From Takakia lepidozioides (lineage: Eukaryota; Plantae; Bryophyta), in assembly GCA_030704615.1 (NCBI GenBank), contig CM060732.1, forward strand, positions 71,734,001 to 71,798,000: a DNA stretch of 64,000 bases, given 5' to 3'. The translations under genes were made by a program, and so were the position numbers. Positions within the stretch are counted from its first letter, which is position 1; each line of letters starts with the position of its first letter. Below are positions 49,301-61,339 of the stretch, one piece after another. The notes beneath the pieces were generated by a model, which worked only from the letters and a program-made list of their open reading frames with translations, made no database searches and was not told the DNA's origin.

Positions 49301-51805
49301 GCAGACATTTACAACGGCTCCAATTCTGGTACATGCAAACCCATCTAAACCGTTCTTTTTGGAAGCAGATGCATCGGACTTTGCACTTGACGCTGTATTC
49401 TCTCAATACGGGACGGATGACCGACTTCATCATGTTGGTTTTCGTTCTCGAAAATTTCCCGCTGCAGGAATCAATTATGAAATCCATGACAAAGAACTTC
49501 TAGCAATTATCGATGTTTTTGAGGAATAACGTCATCTATTGGAGAGAACTAAACATCAGGTCACTGTCTACCGATCACAAAAACCTCGAGTATTTTATGA
49601 GTGTTGGTGTTTTGAATCGACGTCAAGCGAGATGAAGTATGTCACTAGCAAGGTTTGATTTTGTTATTACCCACCGCCCCGGACATCTTCAAGGAAACCA
49701 AGATGCTCTTTTTCGACAATCGTATCTTGCATCAAAAGAATGGGACGCAGCTTTCGACCAACAAAAATCCATCATCTTGAAACCAACAAATCTCCAATTG
49801 AATATGCTATATATATATCCACCTATGACGATGCAGTGATCAAAAAGGAGATTTAGGAAGCACTGAAGAGCGACCAATTTGCTAAAACACTACGAAGTCA
49901 ACCTCAAGACCACCCACATATTACAAACGATTTCGAATTCAAAGATGACTTACTTTATTTCAAGGGACTTCTCTATGTATATCCATGACCTATACGACTT
50001 CAAGTTCTTCAAACATGTCACGATATTCCGGCTGTAGGACATTTCGACTTCAACAAAACAATGGAATTGATATCGAGGGACTATTGCCTTACGGCCTTCT
50101 TCAACCATTACCCATTCCCAAAGGTCCATGGTCGTCCGTGTCTATGGACTTTATTACGGACTTTTCAATTTTCAAGACTACCGATTCAATCATTGTTATT
50201 GTGGATCGTTTTACGAAGATGACACATTTCATTCCATGTAATAAGACGGTTACAGGCAGGGAAACTGCAAGACTTTTTCTCAATAATATCTACCGCATTC
50301 ATGGACTCCCAAAGGACATCGAATCTGATCGATGACCATAGTTTATATCAAATTTCTAGAGGGGATTATTTCACCTATTGGATACTAAGATCAACCTCTC
50401 TACAGCTAATAATCCACAGACTGATGATCAAACCGAATGCGTAAACCAGATTTTGGAGCAGTATCTTCGTTGTACGATAAATTATCACCAAGATAATTGG
50501 ACGGATCTTCTACCATTGGCTAAGTTTGCCTACAATAACACTATGCATTCTTCGACCAAGCAAACTCTATTTTTCTCCAATTATGGTCATCATCCTTGAA
50601 CAAACCATTTTCACATGAAGACTGTTGGAAGCCATGCTGCGGAAAATCTTGCCACTCATCTTACTACAATTCACAATGAGCTTACATTCCACCTCGCAGA
50701 AGCTAAAAAACAATACAAGGAGTATGCAAATCAACATCGCCAACTCCAACCCCAGTTCAAGGTTGGAGATCGTGTGTGGCTTCTTCGACGGGACATACAA
50801 ACCTTGCGACCATCAAGGAAGTTGGATTATCAACGCTTGGGACCATTCAAAATTATTCGATAAATAAATCCGGTCAATTTTCGGTTTGAACGCCCACGAA
50901 GTATGCGCATCCATCCAGTTTTTCATGTTTCATTATTGGAGTTGTATCATCCATCGAATATTCCAGGGAGACTTTCCGTACCACCTCCACCAATCGAAGT
51001 CAATCAGGAAATTGAGTATGAAGTCGACGAAGTCCTAGACTCTTGCATCAAGTATAAACGTCTTGAATATTTCGCACATTGGAAATGCTACGACATCAGC
51101 AAACGAACGTGAAAACCTTCATCCAATCTTGCCAATGCATTTGACAAAGTCCAAGAGTTTCATCAACAATATCCAGCTAAGCCCCGAGCTACTCGTCAAT
51201 AAGACGTCACAACGATGATGTCAGCCAAGTTAGCTTCAAGGTGAAGACTCTACATTCAGTGTACCTGATACATGCTAAGGAGGGAGGAGCACCACACATC
51301 AATATATATAGCTACACTTCCAGTACTCTTGCATCTTGTATTGACAGCATGAAGTCACATGAACTAGATATATTGGAGCTGTCGCTTACCCAACTATCAG
51401 ATCAGCCGTTTCGACTCTCACAACTTTCAACATTACGCCGACGCTCTCAAGACGATGGGCCAACAATGCGACGCGTACTTCCTCGTCTGGACCCCGTACG
51501 ACGGCAAGTGGAGCCTACTTGAAGTCTGATAATTCTGTTGGAGGTTGAGGCTTCGAACCCTGAGGGCAATGAAATTATGTTTGAAAACAGCTTTGAAAAT
51601 CAGAATGCCCAAATCACTGCGTGGTCCCAAGTTCAAGATGTTGGACATTATCGATGGTTGCAGGGACCTATAATTCATTTGAGTCAAGAACGAAGTGTCG
51701 AATACTTGGCAAGTACCATTCGCCGGATTTTGGATTTTCTCCAACTCTAAGCAAGTCCAAGATTTTACCGCTCCTCGAGGAACTCGGTGCTAGAAGAGGG
51801 GGTGA

Positions 51806-52466
51806 TGTCACGGACATAGCCCAAAGGAACTTACTAGGAATAAATACAAAAAATTACCAAGTTATCATGTTACTAAAAGTTATCATGATCTATCATGATT
51901 TATCATAAGTTATCATAAATTACCAAGTTACCGAGAGATTACCAAATTACCGAGAATAATTGGGAAACTGCTGAAGAAGCTTCTTTTGGAGAAAACTTCT
52001 CCATCAAGATACCTCCTTTGTTTAAAGAAACTTCTCCATCAAGAAATCTTTGTTTAAGGAAACTTCTCCTTTAAGGAACCTTTGTTTAACCTTGGAAACT
52101 TCTCCATCAAGAAACCTCTATTGGTGAAGTTTCTTAGAGAACTTCTTAGTAGCCAGTATACATATGAGGCGAGACTGGACACTCTTTAGTCTTGCCAACA
52201 CAAGTTCAAGCTAGTCTTGTTTCCAGTCCCAGTACTCAAGTCCAGCTTCTAGTACTCTAGTCCAGTTTCCAGTATCTGGTACTCTAGTCCAGTTTCCAGC
52301 ATTCTAGTATTCGAGTCGAGTTCCCAGTATCTTGTACTTTTGTCCACTGTTATAATTAAGATCATTTTGATTCATATATACCCATCATGCATTCGGCCAC
52401 GCCGACCCTGACTTCTTGTCTAGTCTGATCTTTTGTTTGTGTTCAATTATGTTCTCGTCCTTGACA
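51806..52466 (+). repeat. 3' LTR
   Basis: Follows the PPT; TGTCACGGAC...GTCCTTGACA terminal inverted repeat; internal short tandem motifs (gttatcat, aaacttctccatcaaga, ctagtccagtttccag). Confidence 0.88.
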
Positions 52467-52669
52467 ACTCCCACATTATAATCTGCTCATAACTTATTAG
52501 TCTCGAAAAGAGGCAGTAGCCGTGAGGCGAAGTGGCTCTTAGTTATGCCGGTTTTGGCCGGAGTCTTCTTTTGCTTTCTCTTTCTCGGCTCATTCCAACG
52601 GTGGAATGACCTAATAATTTTTGACCACCTATATGATGTAGTTACTAACAACATTGTACGGTTTGGCAG

Positions 52670-53242
52670 CAACATACATCCACTCTTGTCAGGCCATGTT
52701 AGGTCTTTCTAAGAGTTTGAAAAAAAAACTCTCGTCCTTTAGGGGTTAAACAAGTCCAAGTTTTTTTTAATAAAAAAAATCCAAGTTCTTTTTAAGAAAA
52801 TAAAATATCTAAACTCAGAAATCTAATATAATAATAAAAGTAGTCATAAATATTTTACTTCTTAAGTTCCTCATCATCTATTAGTGAACCCAATAAAATG
52901 CTCGATGTATTTATCTTTGGGCAACCAGTTCCAGTTCCACATCAAATGAAACACATCAACATACATCCACTCTTGTCAGGCCATGTTAGGTCTTTCTAAG
53001 AGTTTGCAAAAAAAACTCTCGTCCTCTAGGGGTTAAACAAGTCCAAGTTTTTTTTTATAAAAAAAATCCAAGTTCTTCTTAAGAAAATAAAATATCTAAA
53101 CTCAGAAATCTAATATAATAATAAAAGTAGTCATAAATATTTTACTTCCTAAGTTCCTCATCATCGATTACTGAACCTAATAAAATGCTCGATGTATTTC
53201 TCTTTGGGCAACCAGTTCGAGCTCCACATCAAATGAAACACA
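52670..53242. repeat. ~287-bp tandem duplication x2
   Basis: caacatacatccactcttgtcaggccatgttaggtc starts at 52670 and 52957; the units are near-identical. Confidence 0.92.
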
Positions 53243-53341
53243 AATATATATATATATATTTCTCAACTGGCAGTTATCCCTGCTCTTCCTAACCAGTGGT
53301 TCCTAAGATGTTGGGTAGAGGAACACCTTCATGCTGAGAAC

Positions 53342-53512
53342 CAACATGTAGCCTAGTGGTAATGGGTACATACCACATTGGATGTGGTTGTGGGTTGAAA
53401 CCACGGTGTGGAGTGTCATGAAGGTGTCCACCATTCAGCTAGAAGGCAGTAGCCCTTGTGGTGAAGAGACACCATAATTTACGCTCCCTTCGGGAGGCGT
53501 CTATATATATAT
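53342..53512 (+). mobile_element. tRNA-derived SINE (most complete copy)
   Basis: A box TAGCCTAGTGG (53349), B box GGTTGAAACC (53393), unique body, 3' stem-loop ctccc-ttc-gggag and (TA)n tail. Confidence 0.78.
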
Positions 53513-54024
53513 TTTTGGGTAGAGAAATATTCCCAATATTTGCCAAAGATTTTCAAAAATATGCTTCAACGAACAGAATCACACTCAAGCGACAAAAATT
53601 ACGAAACTATTTTAAAAAAAAAAATACTCTGCTCACACAATAATACACACCCACGGTTGAATCTAAGAATATGTTCTTTAGCAAAAAATCGAACTGTGAC
53701 GGTTTTGAAAATTGGGCCTACCATTGATTTCTGCTTGGTAGTTTTATCATAATTAATATGTAGCAATGTTGTAACATTTGCATTGAATGTGTGAAGAAAC
53801 AAATGAAAAGAACAAAACAATATTAGAGCAGATTCGTAAAATAAAATTTAAAAATTCAAATTTTTTCTTTTTCTTTTTCGGTTGGCGGTAAAAATGACGA
53901 CGACTATGTGGCTGACAATGATGACGTGGCTTACAATGATATGGCATGACGATGATGTGACACTATGATATCATATTCCTGCTCTATATTAAATCTAGTC
54001 TCCGACCTTCAATCCTTGGTAAAG

Positions 54025-54190
54025 TATGATGCGTCTTGAAGGGAGCATAACTTGTGGTGTCACTTGACCCCGAAGGACTACTACCTTCCAGTAGGAAGGT
54101 GGACACCTTCATGACACACCAGACGGTGGTTTGAACCCACAACCACATCCAACGTGGTATGTGCCCATTACCACTGGGCTACATGCTGGT
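54025..54190 (-). mobile_element. tRNA-derived SINE copy
   Basis: Reverse complement of the 53342 copy (ccattaccactgggctacatg, gaacccacaaccacatcc, ggacaccttcatgaca, gaagggagcataa). Confidence 0.75.
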
Positions 54191-55380
54191 TGTCGTGTTC
54201 AATCATTGGTAGAACTAGGTCTGTATGTTATTCCGTACTACTAGTGATAGCTTTTGAGAACGATGTTCAAAATCTTGAAAAAACTCAATGGAGGAGTACG
54301 ATCCGACGGTACTTCTACCGGATTCACGGAGCGTTGGGGTTAGAGCTAACCTTTTTCTTAAGAAAAAAATAAATTTCAAAAGGAAACATACCTAGGAATG
54401 ACAGCTCAAAAATCAGGCCCCTTAATTATAGTGAGAGGAGGAAAAAACCTCTTTCACAGTAATCTCGCCGTGAAGGCTTGCTGATGGGACACCACCCAAG
54501 GGAAGGGGGATAAGAACATACCACACCCAACAATGTAGCATGATTTGACCCCAGAATCATCTGGATAGTGCTCAGGGCACTTATCCAACTGAGCTACTCA
54601 ATAACATTGAATGTGTGAAGAATCAAAAAGAAAGAAACAAAGCGATATTAGAGCAGATTCGCAAAACAAAATTTCAAAATTCAGTTTTGTTATTATTGTT
54701 ATTTTTTGCGGGCAGCTTAAAAAATGACAAAGATGACTCGGCTGGGTTGAAAGGAAGGAACTGCTATTAGAGCAGATTTGCAAAATAGATCCTCAAATTT
54801 CAGTTTTTTTTTCCTGGCAGCTTTAAAAAATGATGACCGATGATGTGGCACTAGGGCACTCTATTCCTGCTCTACACTAAAACTAGTCTCTGACCATATG
54901 TTGTTACTAGAATATCTGGGTTGGGTTTGAAGTGGAATCTAATCACCGCGCTCAAATGTATAATGCCTTAGAGTCCGATGCGTCATCCACATATCACACT
55001 AATGGGCCCGAGCCCACCCAGATAGATGGAGTCCCATAGGATGACGAAAAGATTGAGTCACATTCGAGTAGCATTCAGTTACAAGCTAGTTGATTCGCAT
55101 TGGGGCAAAGAGGACTCGATTGAAGGCCCGTACCCACTTTGTAACTTTTGCGTACCATGATTTTCCTCCCTATTCCCAAGGAAGGGCCCTCGAATCTTTC
55201 CAAACATGGGCCTATCAATCAAATTGTTACAAAATGCACCCACTGTAGCCTAACGTTTGTTTAGGCTTTTGGAGAATTAATAGTGGGGCTAGATTTTTTG
55301 GTGGTGGGATATAAACATGAGACCCTTGGGATTGATATTGATGTGGAGATTATGACAGAGAGTTCTGGATCCTTACATAA

Positions 55381-55530
55381 CCAAGTTGTAGCCCAGTGGT
55401 AATGCACATACCACCTCGGAAGTGGTTGTAGGTTCAATCCACCTATTGGTGACACAAAGGTGTCCACCTTCATACTAGCCCTTCCGGGTTAAGAGACACC
55501 ATAATTTACGCTTTCTTAGGAAGACGTCAT
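55381..55530 (+). mobile_element. tRNA-derived SINE copy
   Basis: gtagcccagtggtaatg...ggttcaatcc...aaggtgtccacc...agagacaccataatttacgc. Confidence 0.75.
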
Positions 55531-56716
55531 GTATTATCAATATATGAAGCAATGTAGTTTTTTTTGTTTTGTTTTGTCTTATAGGGAAGGTAATAGGAAT
55601 AATGTAAGAACTTAATGCACATGTGTAACCTCTTGACAGGATGGTATGCCGGTTTCCGGCATGTCAAATCTTTCCCACCCTCTCTAGAGAGTGACATGGA
55701 ACTGAAGTGTAAACTCCAGTCGGGGTTACATTGGGTTACACAACGAGGTGTGTAACTCCACTTGGGGTTACATTGGGTTACATTGGTCAATGTAACTCAC
55801 ACTTGGTCTCGAAATTTGACTAAATCCAGATTTGGCGAAGTATAAAATGGACTAATCAGAGTTACAAAGGGTTACTACACCCATTGGAAGGTAACATCAA
55901 CCAGGGTTACACTACAAGAGCCTCCCATCAAGAAATGAACCCTGAGACTCACCATCTACAATGCTATAACCCTACCATCGGGCTACCCACTTGGATTCTT
56001 GAGTATTTAACAGTGAAACCAAGGTAAGAGTGGGTGGGGAAGATTTAACAGGGCCCGTTGGAGGAGATGCTTCCGGAATCCGGGGCAAGTGCAGTCGAGC
56101 ACATGCGTCCATTAAGTTCTTACAATATATCTATTGTCTTCCGTTTTATAGCGTCGAGATACCGCGGGTCCAGCCGTGGTGCTTGGTATGACCTGTATAC
56201 ATAGAAAATTGCATCTGGTCTTAGATTTCAATTTTTCACACATGGGCCAAAAGTACAGGCTACCCACTTGGGCCTTGACATAGGAGACGCACTTGGATAC
56301 ATAGAAGATCTTACACTCGGGCTTAGATGACACTTGACATTTGGGCACATGCTACCCTAGAGGGTCGCATTTGGGCCTTGACATAGGAGACGCACTTGGA
56401 TACATGGGGGATTGCAATTGGACTTGGATGATACTTGGGCCAACGGCACACAAGCTACCCTAGTATATTATATTGTAATTGAGGGTCCATGGAGAGTACT
56501 TCAGAATTGGATGCCTGATAATTTCCTTGGAGAGTCTGGGATGTTTGCTCGAGAACTACAATACTTTATTTTTTCTTAATAAATGAAATGCCCGGTGCCT
56601 GCTGTTATCGGAAATCCGCCAATAAACCAAATTTTTCAATGAAATTTTATAGCTGGTGAAAAGAGGTTTCTGTCGTTGAGGTTGCTTGAAAAAAGGTGAA
56701 AAGAGGTTTTTGAAAG

Positions 56717-56925
56717 GTTTAGGGTTTAGGGTCTAAGTTAAATTTTTGGGTTTAGGTTCAATTAAGTTAAGTTTAGGGTTAAAGTCCAAGTTAAACTATC
56801 TGGGTTTAGGTTCAATCAAGTTAAGTTTAGGGTTAAAGTCCAAGTTAAACTATCTGGGTTTAGGTTCAATTAAGTGAAACTATTTGGGTTTAGGCTTTTG
56901 AAAGGTCTACGGTTTAGGGTCTAAG
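56717..56925 (+). repeat. Interstitial telomere-like (TTTAGGG-derived) tract with a higher-order ~55-bp unit
   Basis: ggtttagggtttaggg followed by repeated gggtttaggttcaat.aagttaagtttagggttaaagtccaagttaaactatct. Confidence 0.7.
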
Positions 56926-59839
56926 TGACATTATTTGGGTTGACTGTGAGTGCGGTAAGGATGGCGTGGTTTTTGGGACGGTGGACCAGGCTTGTCCCGA
57001 CAGGGACAACGACTGTCCCGTCACAGTGCGTGTCTCTTGTGTAAGAATCTCGAGGGACGCATGGAACGGTGTGCAGGCTGCTTTCACAAGAGACAAGTTG
57101 GCAAGGTTCCAAAAGGATGCTATAGGGATGACGTCCCCACACACCCTGGCCTTCGAGAGCTCTTCTTCTCACCAAAAACATCCACAGAAACCGAAGAACC
57201 CCACTAATCTAGCTTTGTTTCTAACTCATAAGCTTTGGTCATGAAAATGTTGTCGTTTTGAACTAAGTAACAAGGGAACTTTGAAGTTCTGGTTGAGTTG
57301 TAGAGAGCTTAATTTCACTCCAGAGAAGAATCAGACAACTCTGGTCAGATTTTTCCTTCGTAGAGATTTAGTATCTATATGCAACTGGTGTGCATTACAT
57401 TCATGAAGAAAACAAAACATGAAGCCTCGTTCCGTGTACCGAGTCTGCCGTGCACTAACTTATTGATCATGCGATGAAAGTCCAAGATGCATAGTACACG
57501 CAAGTCTAAGGATATCTTCCTACGGACGATGCCTGCAATGGTCGGCTCAGAGCCCAAGGAGAGTCCAAGATGCCGGACAATGCATACTAGTAGGAGTCTA
57601 AGGATATGCTCCTGTGATGGAAGTCCAAGAGGCCAGACGTCCAGTCGACACAGATATATCCTGCATGTGATCAAACGGATAATGATCAATCCATTGAACA
57701 AAGCAGGTATAAAACCAACCTTGAGATGATAAGCTAGAAATCTCCAGGATGCGCCCTGTCTAGGAGCTGTAAGGTAGTGATATCCCAAGGTGGTGGAGTG
57801 TTTTAGATTGTCTAGCCTTCACAGTTCTGTCTCCAATGAAAGAAGTGCATGGCTGCATTCCAACTGTGAACTTTTAAACTCGTGAACATCAATACTAGTT
57901 AAGATTGTGATAGGCAAGATCTGTGCCAATTCGAACCTTTTAAGGAGTGCTAGTATCATCAAACAGATGCTGGCTGTTACGAGTTCAGCCAAAGGATTTA
58001 TTAGTGATTGCGACAATGTCTGTCTCTGTGGATCAACCGCACGGCGCCAGCACACAGACAGCCAACCCATCGAGGCTCTAGACTGTAACTAGAACTCAAG
58101 ATTCTGTATCAAAATTAAATCATGGCCAGAGGTATGAACCACTGCATGGTGGGCATACTGATCTGTACGATCTGTATGCTGTCGATTCCTTCATACTTCT
58201 TGATGGTACGCTGAGCATACAAGGAAATTTGAAGAGTTCTCCACCCAGGGTGAATCTCAAACCAAATATCTAGATGTTTAGAATGTATCGCTCGAGTGAA
58301 TTGCAAATTCTTCCATCTCCAGATGATAGTAGGCGACAACTTGACGTTTCGGGAACTCGACAACTCAACTAGTACGGGTTAGTGGGACATCGATTCCATG
58401 GATAGGGAGCAGATCATCAACTACTACGTCCACTGCTCAAGGTCTGACCAACTGTGCAAATTTAGTTCCGGACGCAAGGAGGTTCGCACCGGTACGGTTC
58501 ATTGAAATTTTCGGAATTCAAAGTACCTGCTGAGCCAGCTTGAAAGCTAGCTGCACACTGAACATGTAGATACTTAACAGTTGACAAACGAGTTACGCAC
58601 ACTTGATTTGATGGTCGACGAAGGAAAAGTAGATTAAGTGCAATCTGCTCATAGTGAAAACTTCAAAAATTCCAATGTATGTTTGAAAATTTCCGATTTT
58701 TTCTTGTTTTTGAATGCGATAGCAATGTTCATTGGTTTATACGGATCTTGCTTCGCAACTCGTCTGAGCAATGTTGTAAGTCAGCTACAAGCGTACTGCA
58801 TATTGCAGTCTAGTCGACATTCATTCGACCATGCTGGCTTCAGGAGAATTGACCCGTCACAGATCGACATACATGTGCAGGTCTTTATTGAGCTTGACCA
58901 GTGGAACCTGGGCCTAGCAAACAAACATGTACAATCGACGCATGAAGCTCGACGATTGCAAAGAACAGGTGGTCAATGCCAATCAGGAGCTCAACAAGCT
59001 GTACTTACACAATGTAAGAGTATGTTAAGAGCAATGGATGCACATAAGTTCGCATGTGCAATATATTGCAAGCAAACTTCATTTCACGCTTGATAATTGC
59101 ATCTTTGAATTTTGCTCAGGAACTGTACCCCATTTGAAATCAACATCTATGTACCATAGTGAGCAGCGCAGGCAACTTCATTACTTCAAGAAACGCAAGT
59201 ACACGTATCATTGGAGATGTTGCAATTGAACCAGACGTCAAGAAACGATAGATCATCGGGACTAAAATGGCATAGTGCACAAGCTTGCAAAGAGTACAAT
59301 GTCGGACCAGGAATATAGGGTTCCCGCTGTTCAAACTTTCTAAATCAAGATTGATCTGAATATCTAGAATGCAAATTCAAAACTTCGATTTGGTTACAGT
59401 ACAACTCTACTAGGTTTCCTTCCCAAGCTTGAACTCTATGCGACGGTCCTCCAGTACACATCACAATTTGTGTAACTCGCATTTGTTCGACTGACCTACC
59501 TACGATGTAGTAAAACGTTCTTTTGGACAAATGCGATCTCTGAATGCACAACATATATATATCTATAACAATCTGAACAAGTGAATCACAGTGAACTGTA
59601 TACAAATCTTTGGACCTTTCAATGGTGCGGCTACTGGGCAACCGGGGCCTGTCCTAGGTAGGTCATTCTTCTGATTTCAAGCAAGCTAGACAAGCACTCG
59701 ACAAGCACTGGCCACTCATGTATTTTGAGTTGAAGGAGTGGAACTCCTGGAGATGTGTATATAGGAGTCCACACTTCGTGATAAGAATGTATGATCTGAA
59801 GAACCCAAAATGACCTGTTCCTGATGGTGGTCGATATGA

Positions 59840-61339
59840 TCAGTAGCTCCAAAGATGTGGCTCCCAGGCAGTGTTCCCTTCATCGCAACCATCTGAAGCA
59901 GATGGGTCGGGCCCTGGCATTACCATGCTGGGGGGTGGGAGGCACATGGCGTTATACAAGCTGACAAGTACGCTTGGCATGTTGAAGATCAAATCCTCAT
60001 CCACGAAAACCGGCTGAGGTGCATCCTGTGACTCTCCAGCCTCCACTAACGATATTGGCTTCTTTGGACACAGATTTTCAGCTGCATTCGTTGTGGCACT
60101 ACAGTCATAGTTCTTTCTGTGGTTAACCACACGGTGTGAATTTGACGCCATTGGTCTCTTCCCCGAATACCTCGTGCCCACTGTGACAGATTTCGAGGTC
60201 TGTTTCGTTTTACTCTCTCGGGATCCAGGACTGCTCGATTCCGTCTCGAACTGCAGTCTGTCGATTGAGCCTGTTGAATGGCTTCTAATGACCGTCAGGC
60301 GACCTGGTCTCCGCTCTGTACTTTTCGGTGTAGGTCGACCACTTGGCATTGTAAGGTCCGAGTTTCTTATCTTGATCGTCGTCGAGCCACTGCCAGATGT
60401 AACTGGTAGAGGCAGTTTCTTCTCTGATAAATTAATGACTTGAACACTACAACCGGAAGATGGCGCAACAGATGCAGCTTTCTGCATTGTCGTAGATGGC
60501 TCAAGGTCAGAGCTGGGCGCCGGTATTTTCTGATGGAAGGTTGGGGTCGGACTGCTCGGGGAAGAATTGTCCGCGGTATGCAGGGAGGTCGTTGTTCTCG
60601 ATGACGTAAGAGCCTGCATTGAAACACATCTCTGCATCTTCCCGCGTCTCATTCTGTTTGCAGCAGCAGTAGCTGTTGCCTGGATGGATTTGTCAGAGAG
60701 GTCCACAGGGCGGGGGAGGGATGCAGCCATCTCAGGGAAATTAAGCGGTGTGTTAAGCCCGCGGAGTGCGAGCGCTGCAGCGTCATAAGCAAGAGCGGCC
60801 ATCTCAGGAGTAGCAAAGGAGCCTAGCCAGATACGGGATTTCTTTTTCGGTCTTCGTATTTCAGTGACCCAGATGCCCCAAGGTCTTCTCCGTACTCCTC
60901 GGTACACTGGGTGGCGAGTGTCCCCTTCACCATAATTTAGCTTCACAGTCCGTTTTCTGGCTTCACCTAATAGATCTGGCACCTCTTGCTCGCTCGAGTC
61001 AGGCGAGAGAGAGTCATGCAGGGCTCTGCAACCTACGGAGCCAGGATCCCAGCCCTCTGGACTGTGCACCAGTAGCGGTAGACGCGATTCAGTGCCATCC
61101 TCAGTAATGTCCGACATAGAGCGTTTGCGAGAAAAAGGAACCTCAGATCGCACCACAGTGCAGGAAGGCGAGAGGTTAGCACCGTGAGATGAACTACAGG
61201 TACGCTTCGAGGCCACAGAGTCGTCGGATGATTCCACAGAGACGGAAGTAAACGGTGAATTTGGTTGCTTCGTGGGTCCAGAGACGTTTGCGAGACCATA
61301 ATACAATCTAGAAATCCAAAGCCCTGTGCTGTAGGCCAA
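59840..61339 (-). CDS. AP2/ERF transcription factor, DREB subfamily (group III, A-4/TINY-like)
   Basis: [60 protein letters not shown] with V14/E19, downstream LPRP and IQA.A.AAA motifs, C-terminal LWSY. The ORF starts at TTG; first in-frame ATG is at 61117, so an upstream exon is possible. Confidence 0.93.
   Translation of the reverse strand: MAYSTGLWISRLYYGLANVSGPTKQPNSPFTSVSVESSDDSVASKRTCSSSHGANLSPSCTVVRSEVPFSRKRSMSDITEDGTESRLPLLVHSPEGWDPGSVGCRALHDSLSPDSSEQEVPDLLGEARKRTVKLNYGEGDTRHPVYRGVRRRPWGIWVTEIRRPKKKSRIWLGSFATPEMAALAYDAAALALRGLNTPLNFPEMAASLPRPVDLSDKSIQATATAAANRMRRGKMQRCVSMQALTSSRTTTSLHTADNSSPSSPTPTFHQKIPAPSSDLEPSTTMQKAASVAPSSGCSVQVINLSEKKLPLPVTSGSGSTTIKIRNSDLTMPSGRPTPKSTERRPGRLTVIRSHSTGSIDRLQFETESSSPGSRESKTKQTSKSVTVGTRYSGKRPMASNSHRVVNHRKNYDCSATTNAAENLCPKKPISLVEAGESQDAPQPVFVDEDLIFNMPSVLVSLYNAMCLPPPSMVMPGPDPSASDGCDEGNTAWEPHLWSY

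Larger units (their letters stand above)
45989..52466 (+). mobile_element. Degenerate Ty3/Gypsy chromovirus LTR retrotransposon (Tcn1-like)
   Basis: gag EPKISMPDKFDG and CLYCGEEDHIAINC; protease AILDSGAS; [14 protein letters not shown]...YLDDILIFS; RNase H LEADASD..IHDKELLAI; integrase PWSSVSMDFI, GPF, IHPVFHVSLL; chromodomain EYEVDEVLD..LEYFAHWK; PPT AGAAGAGGGGG at 51792-51802; many stops and frameshifts. Confidence 0.95.

Noticed and set aside
53342-53415. tRNA gene
   Set aside because: A and B boxes are present but there is no acceptor stem or cloverleaf; multiple diverged copies with a shared tail indicate a SINE.
57300-59640. Several 60-150 aa ORFs
   Set aside because: No recognisable motifs; overlapping on both strands; consistent with chance ORFs in intergenic or UTR DNA.
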